Source of the DNA: Candidatus Diapherotrites archaeon CG08_land_8_20_14_0_20_30_16
GTDB lineage: Archaea > Iainarchaeota > Iainarchaeia > Iainarchaeales > 0-14-0-20-30-16
NCBI GenBank assembly: GCA_002779075.1
Contig: PEXK01000026.1
Coordinates: 1 to 5,273, forward strand
Direction: 5' to 3'
Length of the DNA: 5,273 bases
A program made the position numbers and the translations under genes. Shown piece after piece: positions 1 to 5,244 of this stretch. Each line of letters starts with the position of its first letter. Position 1 is the stretch's first letter. Below the pieces are notes generated by a model. It saw nothing but the letters and a program-made list of their open reading frames with translations. It had not been told where the DNA came from and made no database searches.

Positions 1-6
1 AGAGAA

Positions 7-1419
7 ATGAAAAAAACTCACAGTGCTGAAGGTAGAGAAGCAACCTACAAAAGATTATATAATATTGATAATCCTAAATTTGCAGATGTTTTTGGCAAAG
101 CATTGGAAGAAAACCAAATTCCTCAGAGAAGCTTGATGATATTAAATACTGCTAATTTAAGTCCACAAAGAAAACTGGATTTGTTAAGAAAATTTATTTT
201 AGATAATTTATATGTAAGAGCTAATTTTCAGATTAGAGAAATGTCACCTAGAGATAAAGAAAGAACATTTCGTTTTATTTTGAGTATAATTGTTAGAAGT
301 CTAAGATTAAAAGGGCAATTAAATGTTAATCCGTTTACAGGCAAACCTTTGTCTCCTATTGCACAACAAGTAACTCCAAGTATTGCAACCCCACATAATA
401 CACCAACACCAAGTACAAGGTCAGAACCAGAAAGAATTGTTTCTCCTAAAGCTACAGAACTTGTTGTGAATAGAGAACAATTTAAACCAATAGTTCCTGT
501 TAAAACACAATATAAACCACTTAAAGAATTGATTCGAGAGAGAGAAGCACAACTTAGAAGAATAAAAGATGAACAAAGAATATTACAAGAAGAAGCTAGA
601 AGAAGAAAAGAGTTGGCTAGGCAACAAGCAGAAGAACAAAAAAGAGAACATTTTGATCGAAAAGAACCTAGGCCACCAGAACCACCTGGAGAGAATCCAC
701 AAAGAGTTAGATTTGCTACATCAACAGGACAAAGAGATACGTCTGATAATCTATTTGATAGAGTGTTAGCTCATGTTGGTTCTAGTAGATTACAAGGAAT
801 AAAAAGAGAACATAATCCTTATGAAATAGAATTTAGATTAAAAGAAATACAGAGACGAAGAATAGGCAGAACACTTGCTGAGAAATTAGATTTAGATGCA
901 GTTAAAAAAGCAGGAACTGCAGATATGAATCTTTTTCCTCAATTGAATTTAAGACCTGCTTTTGAAAGATTTGTTGAAAATTTAAGAGGAGGAATACAAC
1001 GGGGCAGTTTAGATCCAAAATTAGTATCTTTATTTTTGGAAAATTATAGAGATATGGCAAACCAGGAATATATTTATGGTGATTTAACACATTCTGTTGC
1101 AAAAGTCGATCCTCAAATAAACAGGAAATATCTTTTAGCATTTAGAGATTTTGCAAAAAAACATTCTAAAGAAACAAGCGATGGATTTATACATTTTAAT
1201 GACAGAAGACAGAAAGGAGAAATAGATACAAGAGTATCATTATGTTTGGATCCTACAAAAGCACCAGAAAGAATTTTTGATGCAATAATATATGCTTTAG
1301 AAAAAAACGGTTTAAAAGATTCTATTGGTTTTAAAATAAGTGATAATATATCTAGAAAAGAGCTATGGAACAGAAAGCACGAGAATATTTCAAACAATAT
1401 TTATTTATGTGTGGATTAA
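7..1419 (+). CDS. Hypothetical protein, 470 aa as read, no family recognised. It has a central Glu/Arg/Lys/Gln-rich probable coiled coil (about nt 520-655) followed by a Pro-rich linker (KEPRPPEPPGENPQ, nt 661-702). It may be 5'-partial, and it is probably the N-terminal part of a frameshifted gene that continues in 1365..1565.
   Basis: Longest ORF in the 5' half. Codon position 3 is strongly A/T-biased, and AGA-Arg/TTA-Leu usage matches valS. Frame +1 is open from nt 1 (aga gaa ATG), so the ATG at 7 is only the first in-window start, and no SD is visible upstream of it. I recognise no catalytic motif. Confidence 0.75.
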   Translation: MKKTHSAEGREATYKRLYNIDNPKFADVFGKALEENQIPQRSLMILNTANLSPQRKLDLLRKFILDNLYVRANFQIREMSPRDKERTFRFILSIIVRSLRLKGQLNVNPFTGKPLSPIAQQVTPSIATPHNTPTPSTRSEPERIVSPKATELVVNREQFKPIVPVKTQYKPLKELIREREAQLRRIKDEQRILQEEARRRKELARQQAEEQKREHFDRKEPRPPEPPGENPQRVRFATSTGQRDTSDNLFDRVLAHVGSSRLQGIKREHNPYEIEFRLKEIQRRRIGRTLAEKLDLDAVKKAGTADMNLFPQLNLRPAFERFVENLRGGIQRGSLDPKLVSLFLENYRDMANQEYIYGDLTHSVAKVDPQINRKYLLAFRDFAKKHSKETSDGFIHFNDRRQKGEIDTRVSLCLDPTKAPERIFDAIIYALEKNGLKDSIGFKISDNISRKELWNRKHENISNNIYLCVD

Positions 1420-1565
1420 ATCCAGAAACAATGTTAGAACCAAGCAATAATTTTGCAATGGATTTACAAGAACGATTTTCTGCAGATTCTTTTCAAGCAT
1501 CAATTAAAAGTAGATCACAAGCATCAAGAGTTGAATCAAAGCCACAACAAAGAGTGAATGCGTAA
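1365..1565 (+). CDS. 66-codon ORF in frame +3 overlapping the end of 7..1419 by 55 nt. It is most likely the displaced C-terminus of that gene (frameshift) rather than an independent gene.
   Basis: Frame +3 is open from 1356. By hand count, third-position G/C is about 10 of 66 codons, typical of real genes here. Within the overlap 1365-1419, frame +3 has 4/18 G/C at position 3 versus 7/17 for frame +1. There is no convincing SD before the ATG at 1365. Confidence 0.45.
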   Translation: MEQKAREYFKQYLFMCGLNPETMLEPSNNFAMDLQERFSADSFQASIKSRSQASRVESKPQQRVNA

Positions 1566-1606
1566 TTTATTCTATAGAATATCTCGTAGCTTGCTACATT
1601 GGGAGT

Positions 1607-1945
1607 ATGTCATTTAGTTTAGAGGGAATAATATACCTGAACCATTTAGAAGAACAGTTGTTAGACTTCCGCGTTTTAGAGATACAAGATTGAGAGAGAC
1701 AAATAATATTCGGGAAAAAACCAAGGGACTGGGAACGTTTTCTAATTAGTTTAGGTTTTGAAACTGTTGAAGTTGCTAGTGGAGAAAAACAATTATGGTA
1801 TAAAAGGGAACAAGTGTGTAATTCTGAGGGAGTACCTGTCTTTGTTAAAGGTCCTGGTAAAGAGTTACCATACCCTCGTGTTGCGAGTGATAAAGAGAGT
1901 ATAATTTCTTTTTTACAGAAAAAATTAAAAGAATTGCAACAATAA
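1607..1945 (+). pseudogene. Cryptic small gene (~110 codons when repaired) disrupted by a 5-bp tandem duplication and a second frame change. The product is unknown, with a weak HicA/YcfA-like dsRBD-type pattern in the C-terminal half.
   Basis: Reading is ATG 1607 (frame +2), then TCA TTT, then a TTTAG duplication; frame +1 is open 1618-1746, and frame +2 is open 1694-1945 ending in TAA. Deleting one TTTAG copy joins the ATG in frame to the +1 segment. Third-position G/C by hand count is 3/25 for frame +1 across 1618-1692 versus 11/28 for frame +2 across 1607-1690, and about one in five for frame +2 across 1694-1942. The ORF track misses it because no segment has both a start and sufficient length. 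Confidence 0.5.
1613..1622 (+). repeat. Perfect 5-bp tandem duplication TTTAG|TTTAG, frame-disrupting, located two codons after the ATG at 1607.
   Basis: Read directly: 1613-1617 tttag, 1618-1622 tttag. Confidence 0.9.
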
Positions 1946-1949
1946 AGAA

Positions 1950-2040
1950 GATACCTATTTAAATATTATATAATTAATTATATATAAATTATTAATTATA
2001 TTAATTATATTCAAAATTGTTAATGGCGAATGGCGTAAAT
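1950..2040 (+). promoter_or_regulatory. Almost pure A/T intergenic block, probably the promoter/operator of the ORF6N gene. It contains an 18-nt perfect palindrome and three copies of TTAATTATA (TATA-box-like).
   Basis: Palindrome tatataattaattatata at 1967-1984. TTAATTATA occurs at 1974-1982, 1992-2000 and 2001-2009, the last two in tandem. The distal copies lie about 30-45 nt upstream of the ATG at 2041. That spacing fits an archaeal TATA box with a short or absent leader, or an extended bacterial -10 region. Confidence 0.35.
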
Positions 2041-2799
2041 ATGAAAAAAAATGCAATAATATTAAGTACAAATAGTATCAAAAGAAGGATTTATACTCTT
2101 AGGAACCAGCAAGTAATGTTAGATAAGGATCTTGCGGAGCTTTACTACGTAACAACAAAGAGATTAAATGAACAGGTTAAAAGAAATATTGTGCGATTTC
2201 CAGAAGAATTTATGTTTCAATTAACAGAATTTGAGAAAACAGAATTTGAGAAGAATAAGCTGGTCGCAAATTGCGACCACCTTAAAAGTCTAAAGTTTTC
2301 ATCTACTAGCCCATATGTATTTACAGAGCAAGGTGTTGCAATGCTTTCAGGAGTTTTGAAAAGTGAAATTGCTGTTCAAGTAAGTATACAAATAATGAAT
2401 GCTTTTGTTAATATGAGAAAATTCATTAATTCTAATGCACAAATCTTTCAAAGATTAGATAGAGTTGAAATAAAACAATTAGAACACGATAAAAAGTTTA
2501 ATGAAATATTTGATACTATACAAAGCAAAGATATCAAACCAGAAAAAGGAATATTTTTTGATGGCCAAATTTTTGATGCATACAAATTTGTTTCAGATTT
2601 AATTAAAAATTCAAAAAAAGCTATTATTTTAATTGATAATTACATTGATGATTCTGTTTTGACATTGTTTAGTAAGAGAAATAAGAAAGTGCAAGTAACA
2701 ATATTCACAAAAGCAATATCAAAACAATTACCGTTAGATTTAGAAAAATATAATTTACAATATGGTTTGCTTTTTCTAAATTTGACAAAGAAGCAATAA
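2041..2799 (+). CDS. ORF6N-domain (KilA-N-related, antirepressor-like) DNA-binding protein. It is C-terminally disrupted, probably a pseudogene or truncated variant.
   Basis: The N-terminal block IYTLRNQQVMLDKDLAELYYV...VKRNIVRFPEEFMFQLT...PYVFTEQGVAMLSGVLKSEIAVQVSIQIMNAF is the ORF6N signature as I know it. The second domain GIFFDGQIFDAYKFVSDLI...ILIDNYIDDSVLTLFSKRNK...IFTK.ISKQL.LDLEKYN.QY matches the long form of the family. The track start at 2017 is TTG. ATG 2041 (MKKNAIIL...) gives the usual ~16 residues before the IY..R..VMLD motif, and ATG 2023 is an alternative. The reading frame ends in non-family sequence (GLLFLNLTKKQ*). Confidence 0.85.
   Translation: MKKNAIILSTNSIKRRIYTLRNQQVMLDKDLAELYYVTTKRLNEQVKRNIVRFPEEFMFQLTEFEKTEFEKNKLVANCDHLKSLKFSSTSPYVFTEQGVAMLSGVLKSEIAVQVSIQIMNAFVNMRKFINSNAQIFQRLDRVEIKQLEHDKKFNEIFDTIQSKDIKPEKGIFFDGQIFDAYKFVSDLIKNSKKAIILIDNYIDDSVLTLFSKRNKKVQVTIFTKAISKQLPLDLEKYNLQYGLLFLNLTKKQ
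2224..2253 (+). repeat. In-frame 15-bp tandem duplication (14/15 identical) inside the ORF6N gene, giving TEFEK-TEFEK.
   Basis: acagaatttgagaaa (2224-2238) followed by acagaatttgagaag (2239-2253), read directly. Confidence 0.9.
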
Positions 2800-2828
2800 C
2801 AATATTAAACAAACTAAATGAAAAATAG
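2763..2828 (+). other. Out-of-frame relic of the ORF6N-family C-terminus (frame +3): WFAFSKFDKEAITILNKLNEK*.
   Basis: Translating tgg ttt gct ttt tct aaa ttt gac aaa gaa gca ata aca ata tta aac aaa cta aat gaa aaa tag gives the WFAFSK... tail typical of long ORF6N proteins. It overlaps the annotated frame +1 end. The TAG at 2826-2828 lies 12 nt upstream of, and in frame with, the valS ATG. Confidence 0.6.
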
Positions 2829-2840
2829 ATTGATGGTTTT

Positions 2841-5234
2841 ATGGAACAAAATACAGAAATAAAGGAAAAACAAAAAGATTACAAAGAAATAGAAAAAGAT
2901 ATATGGCTATTTTGGCAAAAAGAGCAAATCTTCAAATATGATCCTAATTCTACAAACCCTGTTTTTAGTATTGATACTCCTCCACCAACAGTTTCTGGCA
3001 AAATGCATTTAGGTCATGCATATTCTTATGTATTACCTGATTTTATTGCAAGATATAAGAGAAAAAAAGGTTTCAATGTATTTTATCCTTTTGGATTGGA
3101 TGATAATGGTATTCCTACAGAAATATTAGTTGAAAAATTAGCAAATGTTAGAGCAAAAGATATTGGAAAATCTAAATTTGTTGAGCTCTGTGTTAAACAT
3201 ACAAAAGAATCAGAAGAAGAATTATATACAGATTTTAAAAGTTTAGGGATTTCGTGTGATTGGTCTTTGCTTTATAGAACAATATCTCCAGAAGTTGTTA
3301 GAGTTGCACAATATTCTTTTTTGGATCTATACAAAAAAGGGAAAATATATAGGGAAAAAGGGCCAATACTTTGGTGTACTAAATGTCAAACTGCAATATC
3401 GCAAGCAGAACTAGTAGATGTAGAAAAAGAAACTTATTTTAATGATATAATTTTTAAATTAGATAATGGAGAAAATATAACAATTGCAACAACAAGACCT
3501 GAATTTCTTAGCGCTTGTGTAGGTATTTTTGTTCATCCAGATGATGATCGTTACAAGCATTTAATTGGCAAGCATGCTACTGTGCCTTTATTCAATTTTA
3601 AAGTAAAAATAAGAAAAGATAAAAGAGTTGATCAAAACAAAGGAACAGGTATTGTAATGTGCTGCACATTTGGTGATCAAACAGATATGGAATGGTACAA
3701 AACATATAAATTAGAATTAAAAGAAGCAATTACTGTTGATGGTCACATGTCAAATATCTGTGGCAAATATGCGGGAATGAAAATAGAAGACGCAAGAAAA
3801 GAAATCATCACAGATTTAAAACAACAAAATCTTTTGTTAGAACAAAAAAAGATTTCGCATACAGTAAATTGTCATGAAAGAGGTTGTGGTGTACCAGTAG
3901 AGATAATTGTTGAATCACAATGGTATATTGATTATTTGAAAGACAAAAAAATGTTTATCAAAGAAGCAAACAAAATTAAATGGTATCCAAAACATATGAA
4001 AGTTAGATATGACAATTGGATTAAAAATCTTCAATGGAATTGGTGCATATCAAGACAAAGATATTCTGGTGTTCCTTTTCCAGTTTGGTTTTGTAAAACT
4101 TGTGGAAAGGAAACTTTTGCAGATCCTAAAGACCTTCCAATATATCCTGAAGAATCTAAACCAAAACAAAAGTGTCAATGTGGTTCAAATGAATTTATTG
4201 CAGAATCATCTATTATGGACACCTGGTCAATAAGTGCATTAACACCTTTAATAAACATGGGCTGGCCTGACAAAGATGTTTCTCAAACAATTCCTATGAG
4301 TATGAGACCACAAGGTCAAGATATTATTACATTGTGGGCATTTAACACAATTGTAAAATCTCTTTACCATATAGGGCGGGTTCCATGGAATAATTTAATG
4401 ATTAATGGTTATGTTTTAGACGCGCATGGAGAAAAGATGTCTAAAAGTAAGGGCAATGTTATTGCTCCTCAAGAAACTTTGGAAAAATGGGGCAAGGATC
4501 CTTTTAGATATTGGTGTGCACAAGTTACTTTAGGTGATGATATTGCTTATTCTGAAAAAGAAATGCAAGCTGCACAAAAAATGATAATCAAATTAGAGAA
4601 TGCTAATAAATTCGTTGATATGTTATTGCAGAATTATTCTGAAATTCCAACAAAGGTAAAATTAAATTGCGTTGATAAATGGATTTTATCAAAACTTAGC
4701 CTAATGATAAAGACGAATACAAAGGATATGGAAAATTATGATTATTCACACACAATCCAACGTTTGAGAGATTTTTTCTTTATTGATTTTTGTGATAATT
4801 ATTTAGAGTTTATAAAATACAGAGTTTATGGCAATAATCAGAAATCAAAAGACGCAGTAGCACATACTTTGTTTAATGTTGCATTCCAAATTGTAAATCA
4901 ATTAAGTGTGTTTATGCCTTTTGTTTGTGAAGATATTTATCAAAAACATTTCAAAAAGTATATAAATACCAAAAGTATAACTCTATGTAATTGGCCAGAA
5001 TTTGGAAAAATAAATAAAAAAGATATTGAAACTGGAGAATTCTTCAAAGAAATAATTGGGCAGATAAGAAAATATAAAACGCAAAAAAACCTGTCTATGA
5101 AAACAGAATTACAACAAATAAATATAACAATAAACAAAGATTTACCTATTAACTTAAAAAGGGAATTGTGCAATATTATGTTTGTAAAGAATATTGTATT
5201 TACTGAAGGGAAAGGAATAAATATTTTGGAGTAG
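2841..5234 (+). CDS. valS: Valine--tRNA ligase (valyl-tRNA synthetase), compact archaeal type, 797 aa, apparently intact.
   Basis: Class Ia aaRS motifs are present: TPPPTVSGKMHLGHAYSY (HLGH at nt 3006-3017) and KMSKS (nt 4434-4448). ValRS-specific blocks are ATTRPEFL, GTGIVMCCTFGDQTDMEW (CP1/editing), WCISRQRYSGVPFPVW and RPQGQDIITLWAF. A Cys4 knuckle CKTC...CQCG spans nt 4092-4181. There is no long C-terminal coiled coil of the bacterial type. The N-terminus DYKEIEKDIWLFWQKEQIF fits the family start, and there is a TAG four codons upstream in frame. Confidence 0.95.
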   Translation: MEQNTEIKEKQKDYKEIEKDIWLFWQKEQIFKYDPNSTNPVFSIDTPPPTVSGKMHLGHAYSYVLPDFIARYKRKKGFNVFYPFGLDDNGIPTEILVEKLANVRAKDIGKSKFVELCVKHTKESEEELYTDFKSLGISCDWSLLYRTISPEVVRVAQYSFLDLYKKGKIYREKGPILWCTKCQTAISQAELVDVEKETYFNDIIFKLDNGENITIATTRPEFLSACVGIFVHPDDDRYKHLIGKHATVPLFNFKVKIRKDKRVDQNKGTGIVMCCTFGDQTDMEWYKTYKLELKEAITVDGHMSNICGKYAGMKIEDARKEIITDLKQQNLLLEQKKISHTVNCHERGCGVPVEIIVESQWYIDYLKDKKMFIKEANKIKWYPKHMKVRYDNWIKNLQWNWCISRQRYSGVPFPVWFCKTCGKETFADPKDLPIYPEESKPKQKCQCGSNEFIAESSIMDTWSISALTPLINMGWPDKDVSQTIPMSMRPQGQDIITLWAFNTIVKSLYHIGRVPWNNLMINGYVLDAHGEKMSKSKGNVIAPQETLEKWGKDPFRYWCAQVTLGDDIAYSEKEMQAAQKMIIKLENANKFVDMLLQNYSEIPTKVKLNCVDKWILSKLSLMIKTNTKDMENYDYSHTIQRLRDFFFIDFCDNYLEFIKYRVYGNNQKSKDAVAHTLFNVAFQIVNQLSVFMPFVCEDIYQKHFKKYINTKSITLCNWPEFGKINKKDIETGEFFKEIIGQIRKYKTQKNLSMKTELQQINITINKDLPINLKRELCNIMFVKNIVFTEGKGINILE

Positions 5235-5240
5235 GGTGAT
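5235..5240 (+). promoter_or_regulatory. Shine-Dalgarno sequence GGTGAT for the downstream gene.
   Basis: GGTGAT immediately follows the valS TAG, with a 4-nt spacer (tgtt) before the ATG at 5245. It is complementary to the canonical 16S 3' end. Confidence 0.5.
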
Positions 5241-5244
5241 TGTT

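Noticed and set aside
569-769. Alternative-frame + strand ORF (66 aa) inside the orphan gene, and likewise 4009..4233 inside valS.
   Set aside because: Both are fully nested in longer ORFs that have the correct codon-position bias. The first arises from a purine-rich, stop-poor stretch encoding the charged coiled coil, and the second lies within conserved ValRS blocks. Both are shadow ORFs.
1356-1359. Programmed -1 ribosomal frameshifting on A AAA G, joining 7..1419 to 1365..1565.
   Set aside because: This is not a canonical X XXY YYZ heptamer in the zero frame, and I could find no obvious downstream stem-loop or pseudoknot by eye. A mutation or a homopolymer miscall is the simpler explanation. 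It is kept only as a minor alternative within the frameshift finding.
1150-1360. The C-terminal segment ...TRVSLCLDPTKAPERIFDAIIYALEKNGLKDSIGFKI... vaguely recalled the strand-helix-strand signatures of HopA1-like and lanthipeptide-lyase-like families. YIYGDLTHS vaguely recalled the HGDLxxxN kinase catalytic loop.
   Set aside because: The key residues (the catalytic His/Asn and the following conserved Arg/Asp-type motif) do not line up, and the resemblances are only a few residues long. They cannot be supported without a profile search.
902-1397. Antisense ORFs 902..1141(-) and 1113..1397(-), and similarly 4940..5173(-) opposite valS.
   Set aside because: All are opposite-strand shadows of well-supported + strand genes. 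Their products are Leu/Phe/Ile/Ser-rich low-complexity sequences typical of the antisense of A-rich coding sequence, and none has a start context.
1586-1597. Inverted repeat gtagc-tt-gctac in the short spacer after 1365..1565, considered as a possible terminator or RNA hairpin.
   Set aside because: It has only a 5-bp stem with a 2-nt loop and no flanking T-run, so it is sterically poor as a hairpin and easily arises by chance.
1691-1693. The single in-frame TGA in an otherwise open frame +2 reading from ATG 1607 to TAA 1945 suggested stop-codon reassignment (TGA=Trp or Gly) or selenocysteine.
   Set aside because: valS (797 codons) and the 470-codon ORF contain no in-frame TGA, and every Trp in them is TGG. 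Heavy TGA sense usage would be expected in an A/T-rich code-4 or code-25 organism. In 1607-1692, third-position composition favours frame +1 (3/25 G/C) over frame +2 (11/28). The TTTAG duplication explains the frame change without recoding. All stops seen in this window are TAA or TAG, but that is expected at this base composition.
2013-2020. AAAATTGT just upstream of the ORF6N gene resembles the giant-virus early promoter motif AAAATTGA, and KilA-N-like genes are common in such viruses.
   Set aside because: This is a single imperfect occurrence in A/T-only sequence. The canonical SD before the downstream gene and the archaeal/prokaryotic-type ValRS both argue for a cellular prokaryotic genome.
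2023-2038. ATGGCGA ATGGCGT doublet, creating a two-codon mini-ORF (atg gcg taa) ahead of ATG 2041.
   Set aside because: It is too short to evaluate. It most likely just reflects alternative in-frame and out-of-frame ATGs near the real start. It is noted under the promoter finding but not claimed as a regulatory uORF.
2800-2840. Possible T-box or other leader RNA upstream of valS.
   Set aside because: Only about 40 nt separate the upstream stop from the valS ATG, and only 12 nt from the ancestral stop. That is far too short for a T-box riboswitch, and no specifier or terminator hairpins are visible.
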